A model generated the notes under the pieces. That model had not been told where the DNA came from, searched no databases, and saw only the letters and a list, made by a program, of their open reading frames with translations. A stretch of DNA of 64,000 bases from Planctomycetota bacterium (GTDB taxonomy: Bacteria > Planctomycetota > PLA2 > JAEUHO01). Positions 29,603 to 39,435 of this stretch are shown here, piece by piece. The translations under genes were made by a program, and so were the position numbers. Each line of letters opens with the position of its first letter. Positions within the stretch are counted from its first letter, which is position 1. The stretch covers positions 1,312,001 through 1,376,000 of the forward strand of contig CBDCTJ010000007.1 in NCBI GenBank assembly GCA_965222115.1, given 5' to 3'.

Positions 29603-29784
29603 GCTGCGGTCGATTTCACGCAGAGGCGCTGAGCGAAAGAGGCGCAGTGGGCGACATGTCACGTTGGTAGTTGGCTGGTGCTTGAACGCTCCACTTCGCT
29701 ATGAGAGCACTGCGCCTCCGCGAACTCCGCGTGAGATCGATCTCCTACGACGAAACAGCAAGCGCACACGCTGCACGCAAAGTT
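29603..29784 (+). repeat. Palindromic intergenic repeat, copy 3
   Basis: Near-identical to copy 1 at offset 6747 bp. Confidence 0.95.
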
Positions 29785-29807
29785 CTTATGGAACGTAAAT
29801 TGTAGCG

Positions 29808-29993
29808 CTAAAGAACGCCCAACAACATCAATCCACCCGCGAGCACAACAAGCCCCGCAAGTAGAGCCCATGTACCACCGCGTCGCACCCCTTCGGCCAA
29901 CGCAAATACGCCCTGAATCGTGACCGCGAAACCGCAGAGTGCGACAACGGCGCCGAGGGAGCGGATTGCGATGGAGGTTGCCAGTGCCGTCAT
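29808..29993 (-). CDS. Small two-TM membrane protein
   Basis: ATGA overlap with the AI-2E stop; two hydrophobic segments. Confidence 0.6.
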   Translation of the reverse strand: MTALATSIAIRSLGAVVALCGFAVTIQGVFALAEGVRRGGTWALLAGLVVLAGGLMLLGVL

Positions 29994-31600
29994 GCTGTGG
30001 CTTCCTTCTTGCCAAAGAGCGCTTTGATCTTGGCCCATAGAGCACCAAAACTGCCGCCGTGGGCATCGGGGGGCTTCTTAGGCAGTCCTTCGATTTCGTG
30101 CAGATAGAAGAGGAAGCACGATTGAATGATGCTCATGGTGGGCACTGCGAGCAATGCACCCCACACACCGAACGAATGCTCCCCAGCGAGGAGCGCAAAG
30201 ATGATGATGACCGGATGCATGTGGGCGTTGCTGCCCATGATCAATGGATTGAGAAAGTTGGCTTCAATCAAATGAATGAACGCAATCCATGCGAGTGCCA
30301 ACACCCCGGTTGTGACGCTGTCGGTGGCCGCGATAAGCACAATCGGAATCGAGCTTGCGATGGTACCGAATACCGGAATGAGGCTCAATACGGCCGCAAT
30401 GGACGCCAGCATGACGGCGTAGGGGACTCCGAGTAGCAACAGCCCGAGATAGGTAAGTACACCATTGACGAGGCAGATAACAAGTTGCCCGCGAATTACG
30501 CCGGAAAGTCCGCGATCGATGTACTGGATTAGTGACTCGTAGGAGCGTTTGTATTTTTGAGGAGGCAGACTTGAGAAGAAGGAGGCGATCTCCTTGCGGT
30601 CCATCACGAGAAACGCTGTGATCATGAGAATCAGCAAGAATTCATAGAGCGATAGGACAATAGTTCCCGCGATCTTGACGGCGCTCTTGGCAACCTTGTT
30701 TGGCAAGTCCTCGCTATAGGCGGCGGCCTTGATTTGGATGAAGTTGCGCAGGTCGTTTGGCTCGAAATCTAGGTTGACCTTGCGCAAATTGGTGAGCAGC
30801 GGCCCCAGTAATTCTCGCTCGAAGAGCACTTCGGCGCCCTTGGCCGGTTCCCCGACGGACAACGAAATTTGGCGATCGCTCACGATCGAGCCATCGTCGT
30901 ACTTGGCAACCCCTGCTTCCAATGGATCAATGGAATCTTCCGCATCCTCCGGCGGCGGCAACGACGCATTGTCCTGTCCTGTTCGGTCGAGGATGACGGT
31001 GGCCTCGGTTTCACCGGGGGGGATGCGCACGTCATGGAGCGTGGTGTAGTTGCGCACCGAAGGTGTCAGTTCGCCTTGGCCCGGTCGCTTGGCTCGAATC
31101 GTTAGCTTGGTTCCGCGTGGCACCACAATGGTCTTGGTTCGGCGTTCGCGGACGGGTGTGGAGTCGCTGTCGCCTGACGTACTCAATGGTTGCGGCTCAT
31201 CCAGGCGAAATACGGCTCGTGCGCCGTGTTGTTTGAGCGCCCGCGAGAGCTTCGTGGCGCCCGTTCGAACTTCCGTGCCCGCCCGTGTGAGTCCCTTCCA
31301 CGCCAAAAACCCAAGTCCACCGATGACGAGCGTGTAGACCAAGACAATGATCGGCCCACGTGCCCATTTGATGCCAAACAGGCGGCTCTTCTTCACCCAC
31401 AGGACCACGGGCTCTACGAGATAGGCGAGAAAGATCGCCATGAGGAACGGAAACAGGACTTCCCGAAAGACGATGATCAGGAGCAGGAAGGCGCCCAGAA
31501 ATGTGAGCAGGATGAGGACGTTGGGGCGCCTACGCCGCGGCACATGACCGTCCGGGGGCACGCGCTCGTCGGGGGGCGGGGATGCATCTGCCTCACTCAT
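29990..31600 (-). CDS. AI-2E family transporter with large soluble insertion
   Basis: PFLMAIFLAYLVEPVV, RGQLVI, IPVFG, HPVIIIFALLAG, GALLAVP. Confidence 0.9.
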   Translation of the reverse strand: MSEADASPPPDERVPPDGHVPRRRRPNVLILLTFLGAFLLLIIVFREVLFPFLMAIFLAYLVEPVVLWVKKSRLFGIKWARGPIIVLVYTLVIGGLGFLAWKGLTRAGTEVRTGATKLSRALKQHGARAVFRLDEPQPLSTSGDSDSTPVRERRTKTIVVPRGTKLTIRAKRPGQGELTPSVRNYTTLHDVRIPPGETEATVILDRTGQDNASLPPPEDAEDSIDPLEAGVAKYDDGSIVSDRQISLSVGEPAKGAEVLFERELLGPLLTNLRKVNLDFEPNDLRNFIQIKAAAYSEDLPNKVAKSAVKIAGTIVLSLYEFLLILMITAFLVMDRKEIASFFSSLPPQKYKRSYESLIQYIDRGLSGVIRGQLVICLVNGVLTYLGLLLLGVPYAVMLASIAAVLSLIPVFGTIASSIPIVLIAATDSVTTGVLALAWIAFIHLIEANFLNPLIMGSNAHMHPVIIIFALLAGEHSFGVWGALLAVPTMSIIQSCFLFYLHEIEGLPKKPPDAHGGSFGALWAKIKALFGKKEATA

Positions 31601-31722
31601 GCCCGTACGATACGTGGCAAGCGTGGCATGGACGACGTTCTAAAGGAGGGCTGCGCACGGCCCGTTTCGAGTCACCACCGCAAGAAGGACGCACCGTGGT
31701 CTATTCCGTGACATGCCGATGG

Positions 31723-33150
31723 ATGCCTGGTCGGTTTCATGGGGTGGCGATGCTTGTATGCGTGATTGCCATGCTGAGCGCCCATGATTCGGTGTCATTG
31801 GCAAGCCCCGCGACGACACCCAGTATCGAATCCATTCGGGTGGGCCTTGCGTCGCGCAATGCCGCGCGCAGAGTCAAGGCCTTGAACCAACTCGAAGCGC
31901 GCATCGTCGCGCAGGAACAGCGTACCTCCGCGGGCGACGACGCCAATCAACGAGACGCACAGCGATTGGTTTCGCTTCGCGCTGGCCTGCGATCGTTGCT
32001 GAATCACGAGGCAGATTCGGAAAACGAGGCCGGCCGTGTTGCAAGTTTGTTACCGCGCATTCAAGCCACATGGGCCTGGAAGGAATGGAGCGCATTACTG
32101 GGTACGCCCAATGACGCATCGCCTTTGGTCCTCCAGCGAGCGATTGTGGCGACGACCAGTCGGTCGAACGATACTGGATTCCTTCGGTTTCTCGTTGAGC
32201 GTGTATACGACCGCAAGTTGCCGCTCACCCATCGCGCGTTTCTTTTGGAAGCGCTGGGCACCCACGCCAGCGCACTCGCGCTTGCCGAACTTTCGCGCCA
32301 TCGACCCAAGGCGCATTGGCTCATTCAGGCAAGTTGTTCTCGCGGACTTGGCTACCGCCGCGACTTCCGACGTGTACCGCCGCTGTTACGCATGTTGAAA
32401 TCGTCCCATCGGGCCGTACAAGTTCAGGCCTGGGAATCACTCGTGCGTGTGACGAGACAACCACTGAAGTTTGATGTGAAGATATGGGACTCTTGGTGGG
32501 AAACGTATCAAGCGAGCATGCGCAAGACGCCGAGTGGGCGCAAGGGTGCAGGTGAGCGTTCACGCTACGCCATCGACGCGCCGCCCCACATTCCGCATTA
32601 CTACGGAATTCCCATTCCTCGACGCAAGAGCGGTGTTGTGTTCTGTCTCGATGTAAGCCAAAGCATGTACGGCTTTGGGATCGCCGCGGCGCGTCGTGAA
32701 TTGCGTAAGTCCCTCCTCGATTTTCCCAGCACGCATCGATTTCAAATCATTGGGTTCCATCAACGTGTGCTGCCATGGCGAGACACCTTGTCGCCTGCGC
32801 ATCCCGTGCAGAAATACCTCGCTCTCAAGTGGGCCGACGCCCTTGAGACCATCGCCTACACCAATATCTATGACGCGGTCGAACTCGCATTCGGCTACGC
32901 GGGGCGCGGACGGAAGGCCGTGGCGCGTCCCGTTCGAGTCGATGAGATTTTCCTGCTTTCCGATGGCGCACCCAATCGCGGCGCCTACCGCGCCAGCCGC
33001 TTGATCGTGAAGCACTTGAAGGCACTCGCACAGCCTGAAGACAAACGGGCTATTCCGATCCACACCGTCGCCGCGGGCGAGTCCGTGTATGAACTTCTTG
33101 ATGATCTTGCCACCGCGACGGGCGGAACTTTTGTGGATGCCTACGAGTGA
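31723..33150 (+). CDS. Exported HEAT-repeat + VWA protein (start approximate)
   Basis: Signal-like N-terminus, WDSWW, YYGIP, MIDAS DVSQS, LSDGAP. Confidence 0.8.
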   Translation: MPGRFHGVAMLVCVIAMLSAHDSVSLASPATTPSIESIRVGLASRNAARRVKALNQLEARIVAQEQRTSAGDDANQRDAQRLVSLRAGLRSLLNHEADSENEAGRVASLLPRIQATWAWKEWSALLGTPNDASPLVLQRAIVATTSRSNDTGFLRFLVERVYDRKLPLTHRAFLLEALGTHASALALAELSRHRPKAHWLIQASCSRGLGYRRDFRRVPPLLRMLKSSHRAVQVQAWESLVRVTRQPLKFDVKIWDSWWETYQASMRKTPSGRKGAGERSRYAIDAPPHIPHYYGIPIPRRKSGVVFCLDVSQSMYGFGIAAARRELRKSLLDFPSTHRFQIIGFHQRVLPWRDTLSPAHPVQKYLALKWADALETIAYTNIYDAVELAFGYAGRGRKAVARPVRVDEIFLLSDGAPNRGAYRASRLIVKHLKALAQPEDKRAIPIHTVAAGESVYELLDDLATATGGTFVDAYE

Positions 33151-33167
33151 TCTGCGACAGTGCGCGC

Positions 33168-34275
33168 ATGACGCTCTCCACCGGCGAAGTCCGAGCCCTT
33201 CTGAAGTCCCTGCGGGAACGCTTTGACGCGGTCCGGGGGCGGCTTTGACCTCGTAGGCAAGCAGGCCGAGTTCGCCGAACTCGAAGGCGCCATGGCCGAG
33301 AGTGACTTCTGGGACAATCAAGACAGCGCTCAGAAGACGGTTGAGCGACTCAAGGCCGTCAAAGCCATCATCGAGCCCTGGCTGGCATTCGAATCGCAAC
33401 TCGAAGACGCCGATGTGCTGCTGACCATGGCCGAAGAGGAGAACGACAGCGACACCGTGGCGGAAACGGCGGAGCAAGCGCGGGGACTCGAACGTGAACT
33501 CGAGTCGTTGGAGTTTCGCGCGCTATTGTCGGGCCCTCTCGATGACAAAGGCGCGTTCGTGCAGATTCAAGCCGGCGCGGGTGGCACCGAATCGTGTGAC
33601 TGGGCCGAAATGCTCACTCGCATGTATTCCCGCTGGGGCGAGCGCATGAACTTCGCGGTAAAAGAACTCGATCGTCAGCCCAACGACGAGGCCGGGATTC
33701 GATCGAGTTTGCTTGAGATTCGCGGTGCGTATGTGTTTGGCTACCTAAAGAGCGAAGCCGGTGTGCATCGCCTGGTACGCATTAGCCCTTTTGATTCCCA
33801 GAATCGACGACAGACCACATTTGCATCGGTTGACGTCACGCCGCTTGTGGACGACACCGTCGAGATCGACATCAAAGAATCCGATCTCGACATCACGACC
33901 TATCGCGCTGGCGGCGCCGGTGGGCAGCACGTCAACAAGACGGAGAGCGCGGTTCGTATTCGACACGTGCCCACAGGTGTTGTCGCGGCCTGTCAAAACG
34001 AGCGCAGCCAGCATCGAAATCGAAAAGTCGCGCTGCAAATGCTCAAAGCCAAGTTGCTGCGCCTGGAAGAAGATAAGCGTATGGCCGATCAGACCGTGCG
34101 CTATGACGAGAAGGGCGAAATCGCGTGGGGGAGCCAGATTCGTTCCTACGTCATGCATCCTTATCAAATGGTCAAGGACCACCGCACGTCGCATGAGACG
34201 GGCAATGTGGCTGCGGTGATGGATGGCGACCTAACGAAGTTCATGGAAGCGTGGCTGCGCGATCGACTTCAATAA
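33168..34275 (+). CDS. prfB: Peptide chain release factor 2 with programmed +1 frameshift
   Basis: 26 codons from ATG 33168 end in CTT TGA C (33243-33249) preceded by GGGGG; SPF and GGQ motifs in +1 frame. Confidence 0.97.
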
Positions 34276-34590
34276 GCGCGCTCCAAAAATGAGCGTGCCC
34301 TCCGCGCAAGGCGAAGGGCGAGCTCAGCTCCAACCGACACAGGCCATTTCAGTATGGGTTGTTGATAGTGGCTGTCGTTGCGAGCGTGCATTCCTTATCG
34401 ACACGTACTTGAGTTTGCTGAGCGCGAATCGAGAATTCGAGCGCCGCAAAACCGCCACATCGCCCAGACAATGCGCGTCTCAGTGCCATGTGTGCATCGA
34501 TGGTGTGTGTCGCTAGGTGTGTGCGCTGCGCGCAAAGCGCCATTCGTTGCGAGTTCAAAATTCGTCGTATGGTCGCGCTACACATTCGGC

Positions 34591-36219
34591 ATGAAACCAG
34601 GCCAAACCAGCACAACCACTTCAGCACCTAACGTCACCATTCGACGCGCGCTTTTGTCCGTGTTTGACAAGTCTGGGCTCGCTGAACTTGGCAAAGCCCT
34701 AGTGAGTCGAGGCGTCGAGTTGATTTCGACGGGTGGAACTGCACGTGTACTTCGCGACGCAGGATTGGACGTCAAGGATGTATCCGACGTCACGGCGTTT
34801 CCGGAAATGATGGATGGCCGTGTCAAGACGCTACACCCAATGATTCACGGCGGCCTGCTAGCTCTGCGCGACAATGACGCACATGTGGCGTCGATGAAGG
34901 AACACGACATCGGCGCGATTGACTTGGTGGTGTGTAATCTCTATCCCTTCGCAGAAACCGTAAAGCGCGAAGGCGCAACATTCCCTGAGATCATTGAACA
35001 AATTGACATTGGCGGTCCGTCGATGGTGCGCAGTGCTGCTAAGAATCATCGATTTGTGTCCATCGTCACCCGCGCCGATCAATACGAGGCGTTGCTCAAT
35101 CAGTTGGAGGCACACGACGGCGCAACCACGGGCGAGTTCCGATGCGCGCTGGCGTTGCAAGCGTTCGCCGAAACCGCTGCCTATGACGGTGCGATCGCGC
35201 GTTGGTTTGCCTCGCAAGACGAAGTCGATGGCTTGCCGCGTTCGATGGGCCCGTCCTACAGAACCTCGGTGCTTCGCTACGGCGAGAATCCTCATCAGAA
35301 GGGTGCGGTCTATGTAGATCCGCTGGCGCCAACGGGAAGTCTTGCGAAGGCGGAAGTGTTGGGCGGGAAAGCGCTCTCGTTCAACAACCTCGGGGACGTC
35401 GATTCTGCCTGGGCGCTGGTACGTGAGTTTGATGGTCCTGCCTGCGCGGTCATTAAACACGGCAATCCATGTGGCGCCGCGGTGAGCGACTCGATCGACG
35501 AAGCCTACGACGCAGCCATGGCATGTGACCCTCGAAGTGCATTCGGTGGCATCGTTGCGCTTAACCGTCCTTTGTCGCCGGCTTTGGCAAAGACCATGGC
35601 CGTTCCCGAGCGCTTTCTCGAAGTGTTGATTGCGCCCGGCATCGATGCCGGTGCCGCCGACGTGTTTCTCGCGAAGGGCGCGCCCAAATGGGGCAAGAAC
35701 TTGCGCATACTCGATGCTAAGACCGCAGGTAGCGATCCGCATGGACTTGATGTGCGCAGCATCGACGGTGGATTCCTAGTTCAAGAACGCGACGACACGG
35801 TTTACGTGGGCGGCAAACCTGAAACCGCAACCAAGCGAGCACCAACCGCGGACGAAACGCGCGATCTCGACCTAGCCTTCCGTGTGTGCAAACACGTGCG
35901 CAGCAACGCCATCGTCTTGGCGCTGGGCGGACGAGCAATAGGCGTGGGCGCGGGCCAAATGTCACGCGTAGAAGCCACCGAAATCGCCGTACTTCGCGCC
36001 GAACGTTACGCAGCCGAAGCCGGCATAACGCTCGACGGCATGGTCGTGGCAAGCGACGCCTTCTATCCCTTCAACGACGCCATCGAGTTGGCCCTCGACG
36101 CCGGCGCCAAAGCCGTCATCCAACCCGGCGGCAGCCGCAACGACAAACGCGCGATTGAACTATGCGACAAGCGCGGCATCGCGATGCAGTTCACAAAGAC
36201 GAGGCATTTTAGGCACTAG
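34591..36219 (+). CDS. purH: Bifunctional AICAR transformylase / IMP cyclohydrolase
   Basis: RALLSVFDK, GRVKTLHP, IDIGGP, RYGENPHQ, ASDAF, RHFRH. Confidence 0.97.
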   Translation: MKPGQTSTTTSAPNVTIRRALLSVFDKSGLAELGKALVSRGVELISTGGTARVLRDAGLDVKDVSDVTAFPEMMDGRVKTLHPMIHGGLLALRDNDAHVASMKEHDIGAIDLVVCNLYPFAETVKREGATFPEIIEQIDIGGPSMVRSAAKNHRFVSIVTRADQYEALLNQLEAHDGATTGEFRCALALQAFAETAAYDGAIARWFASQDEVDGLPRSMGPSYRTSVLRYGENPHQKGAVYVDPLAPTGSLAKAEVLGGKALSFNNLGDVDSAWALVREFDGPACAVIKHGNPCGAAVSDSIDEAYDAAMACDPRSAFGGIVALNRPLSPALAKTMAVPERFLEVLIAPGIDAGAADVFLAKGAPKWGKNLRILDAKTAGSDPHGLDVRSIDGGFLVQERDDTVYVGGKPETATKRAPTADETRDLDLAFRVCKHVRSNAIVLALGGRAIGVGAGQMSRVEATEIAVLRAERYAAEAGITLDGMVVASDAFYPFNDAIELALDAGAKAVIQPGGSRNDKRAIELCDKRGIAMQFTKTRHFRH

Positions 36220-36273
36220 TACTTGAGCAAATCTCCCGTTTCGCGCGCGGAGTCGTCGGCCTTTGCCGAATCG

Positions 36274-38841
36274 CTACTTCTTTCTGTCAATCACGAACTC
36301 TACGTCCGTCAACGTGCCTTCGGTGACAGCGACGTGTCTTGCGGGGGCTCGATCGGGGACGCCTTGCCAGCCGCTTGGAAGCGATACGCGCCACCTGCCT
36401 GGCATGAGCAGGAACTCCGCAGTCCCGTCCAAGTCGGTTTCACCATGGGTTTCGTCAAACACAGTGGAATCGGTTCGTTGCTTGGGGCTATTGCGGTCGG
36501 GGCGCCTTAGAGAAACGCCAACGTTCTCTTGCAATAGGCCCTCTGCGTCTCGAGCCGTTACGCGGAGGGTCCCGCCTCGACTTAGGACAATGCGGCTTGG
36601 ATCGACGTCCTGTGGAGCGTCGTCGCGATAGGTTGCGTCATACAACGGCAAGTATCCATCGACCGTCACTTTATAGGTAAACGGCGCATTCAGAAAGCCG
36701 CCGACTTCAAAACGGCCATCGGCATCCGATATTGCATCCGAGGTAATGGCATGATGGTCGTTGTCGCCGCTATCAGTTACCGATACATGGGCACCAAAGA
36801 TTGGTTCGCCGCGGTCGTTGACGATGCGTCCATCAATAACGATTCCTCGGTTCAGCTCAAGATCAACATCAAATGTACTCGCGTCTGCAGGCACATCGAC
36901 CTGATGGCGAATCAATCGATACCCCGGTGTTCGAACTGCGATATGCCATGTGCCGGGCAAGAGGTTGCGCTCCACGAAGGCTTCGTTCGTGGTTCGGGAA
37001 GACCACGGGACAAGAATCACTTTGTGTCGCCAGCGTATCCAACTTCGCCGTTCGCCACTTGAAGTGCGCACGAACGTCATCACGGATGGTGCGTGGGGTT
37101 GTGATCCCTTTGAGCATCGCAACCGAAACTGAACGGAAACGCGTTGCGCACGTCGAGCAACGATTCGAATCGGAATGCCATCCACGGATACAACGCTCTG
37201 ATCGGAAACGTACGTTCCTTGAGGCCCGAGACCAATCACAGCGCCTTTGGCAACTGATGCGACGAATCGCCCTTCCTTGTTGGTTTCGGCGAGGGGTTCG
37301 CCGATAAGAGAGCGAACCACGACATGAGGCAACGGGGCGTCGCTCTGATCAACCACGACACCTGAGATGGTGAGCTGCTTGGTCGTGTCCCTCGCTCGAA
37401 GCACGTGGTTCTCGTTGCCGTGCGAACCATGAGGAAGTACAAGAGTCACCCTCGTCGTTTCGCCTCGGCGCACTTTGAGCCCCCAACCCTTTTGATTGTC
37501 GTACTTGGCTTGGCCGAACTCATTCGTCGGTGTGTTGGGTCCTGGCCGCGGTTGGAGACCTACGTTGAAGGTTCCTGTGTCGAGCCCCTCGAAGCGCATT
37601 GTCCCATCGGCATCGCTCAATTGTCCGCCTAGCGATCTCCAAGAAGGCGAGCGGCGACTCGCCGAGCCGTACACGTAGGGAATGGGCTTTCCATCTGGAT
37701 CTATGACGCGGACGACGAGCCGCCCTTCTTTCGTCACGACAGGATTCCAATTCGCTTGCGGTATGTCTCGCCCCAAGCGAATGCCCTCACGGTCTGCCGG
37801 TGCGTAGCCAGACTTCCGGGCCGAGACTATGTACGCTACGCCTCGTGCAAGTCCTTCAATCCGATATCGCCCGTGTGCATCGGACGTCGCTACCAACTGA
37901 ACACTCAGACACTTGGTGGCATTCAGATGTGCGAGTGGCGTGTACCAACTTGGCTCTTGCATGGGCCATGCCTTGCTGGCGTCATGGTCGTCGAGTCCAC
38001 CCCATGATCCCGGAAACGCACAGATAGACACGCCTGATACCGGCTTTCCGTTCTCGTTTCGAATCTCTCCGACGACAGAGCCGCCCGTTGGAATGCGAAA
38101 TACGCGTTTTGCGTTGCTAGCAATCGGCTCGTCTTCAAGCGGCCACCACGTGGTGCGTCGTCCTGGCGCATGGATTGCCAACACGTAGCCTCCGCAGGAG
38201 GTCGCCTTCTTGCGAAGCAAGATCGTTGCGTTTCCCTTCTCATCTGTCGTGCCGGCCGGGACGCTGCCTTCAAGTCGGTAGGGTGAGCGATTCATTCGAA
38301 CGAAGCTGCAAGGATGCATCAGCAATTTCGCACCGGTGACGGGACGGTCTGTGCCCAGTTCGACGACTCGAATTTCCATGCGCTGTGCAGGGTGAAGCTC
38401 GACCAACGCGCGTCGAAACGGCGCTCCGCGGACGCTCGAGTTCAGAGCAACGTCCGTCGCGAATCCCTCATGGGACGCCATGACCTGTTTGACTGGGCAC
38501 GGAAGTCGTTGAAAGCGTACGAGGCCGCGTCGATTGGCAGTCTCGCGAACAACGGACTTGCCTTCAAGCGTCGCGTCAACGATGGCACCACCTATGCGAT
38601 GACCCTCCAATGCATCGACGACGAGCACAAGGCATTCGTGGACTTCGCGAGGCGGATCGTTCGTAGCGGGCGATCGTGCAGTCCCCACGAGTTTGACCGA
38701 CTCGTCCGGGCACTGCTCGTTGCGCTCAAGTGTGTCATCCGGCACGATCGAATGTGTGCGGAGACACTTCACGAACATGACAGCTGACGTCACGGCCAAT
38801 GCGACGCCCGCGATGCATAGAACGATCTGCTTGGCAGGCAA
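36274..38841 (-). CDS. Membrane-anchored carboxypeptidase-regulatory-like repeat protein
   Basis: N-terminal hydrophobic anchor; GRIVNDRGEPI, SDADGRFEV repeats. Confidence 0.82.
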   Translation of the reverse strand: MPAKQIVLCIAGVALAVTSAVMFVKCLRTHSIVPDDTLERNEQCPDESVKLVGTARSPATNDPPREVHECLVLVVDALEGHRIGGAIVDATLEGKSVVRETANRRGLVRFQRLPCPVKQVMASHEGFATDVALNSSVRGAPFRRALVELHPAQRMEIRVVELGTDRPVTGAKLLMHPCSFVRMNRSPYRLEGSVPAGTTDEKGNATILLRKKATSCGGYVLAIHAPGRRTTWWPLEDEPIASNAKRVFRIPTGGSVVGEIRNENGKPVSGVSICAFPGSWGGLDDHDASKAWPMQEPSWYTPLAHLNATKCLSVQLVATSDAHGRYRIEGLARGVAYIVSARKSGYAPADREGIRLGRDIPQANWNPVVTKEGRLVVRVIDPDGKPIPYVYGSASRRSPSWRSLGGQLSDADGTMRFEGLDTGTFNVGLQPRPGPNTPTNEFGQAKYDNQKGWGLKVRRGETTRVTLVLPHGSHGNENHVLRARDTTKQLTISGVVVDQSDAPLPHVVVRSLIGEPLAETNKEGRFVASVAKGAVIGLGPQGTYVSDQSVVSVDGIPIRIVARRAQRVSVQFRLRCSKGSQPHAPSVMTFVRTSSGERRSWIRWRHKVILVPWSSRTTNEAFVERNLLPGTWHIAVRTPGYRLIRHQVDVPADASTFDVDLELNRGIVIDGRIVNDRGEPIFGAHVSVTDSGDNDHHAITSDAISDADGRFEVGGFLNAPFTYKVTVDGYLPLYDATYRDDAPQDVDPSRIVLSRGGTLRVTARDAEGLLQENVGVSLRRPDRNSPKQRTDSTVFDETHGETDLDGTAEFLLMPGRWRVSLPSGWQGVPDRAPARHVAVTEGTLTDVEFVIDRKK

Positions 38842-39009
38842 CGTGCGTCCTCAACGAGTGGGCGAGATATATCTTGCGGCGCATAAGAGAACGAAACGGG
38901 TCGGTTGTGGTTCATGGGCGTCCGTTCGTTCGGGGTGGCGTGCCCCCAATCTCGCTAGCAAGCGTTGTGAGAGTCCCAACTTTCTTGCTTCGTGCCTCCG
39001 TGCCAGGCA

Positions 39010-39074
39010 CCCGCCATAGTCGGCTGTTTTCCGCAGTGCGCCCTCCATCCTTTTTCAGCTCTCTGCGCCGCCGC
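39010..39074 (-). repeat. 65-bp repeat A (left flank of TA module)
   Basis: Ungapped match to 39965-40029, about 46/65 by hand count. Confidence 0.7.
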
Positions 39075-39109
39075 CCAACGGCAATTCTTGGCTGCGAACG
39101 ACAGTTGTG

Positions 39110-39147
39110 TGGCATAAATTGCCATTCAGATGACATAGGGCTATACT
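39110..39147 (+). promoter_or_regulatory. Sigma70 promoter and putative operator of the TA operon
   Basis: TTGCCA-17 nt-TATACT; palindrome TGGCA-N5-TGCCA overlapping the -35. Confidence 0.75.
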
Positions 39148-39153
39148 GATCGC

Positions 39154-39435
39154 ATGTCAGCCGAAGCCGACGACATGACCACAATGAACGTCTCATTGCC
39201 CAAGCAACTTCGTTCGTTCGTCTCCGAGCGCGCACGGGGGCGGTTTGGTTCCGCGAGTGAGTACATTCGGGAACTCATCCGCAAAGACGAACGGCGCGCT
39301 GCTGAAGAGCAACTCGAAGCCAAGCTGCTGGCCGGACTGGAAAGCGGCGACCCGATTGACGTCACTCCGGAGTTCTGGGAACGCAAGCGAAAGGAGTTAC
39401 TGAAGCGCCATCGTCGCCGAAACGGGTCTTCGTGA
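39154..39435 (+). CDS. ParD-family (RHH) antitoxin
   Basis: MNVSLP..LRSFV...GRFGSASEYIRELIR..LLAGLESG. Confidence 0.9.
   Translation: MSAEADDMTTMNVSLPKQLRSFVSERARGRFGSASEYIRELIRKDERRAAEEQLEAKLLAGLESGDPIDVTPEFWERKRKELLKRHRRRNGSS

Noticed and set aside
22856-29784. CRISPR array or classical integron attC sites
   Set aside because: Repeats are >130 bp and kilobases apart; no RYYYAAC/GTTRRRY core ends recognised; no cas or intI gene in the window
34276-34590. ZTP (pfl) riboswitch upstream of purH
   Set aside because: Expected conserved elements (GACTGGCG, GTGG..CCAC, CGCCTGGGC) not found by eye
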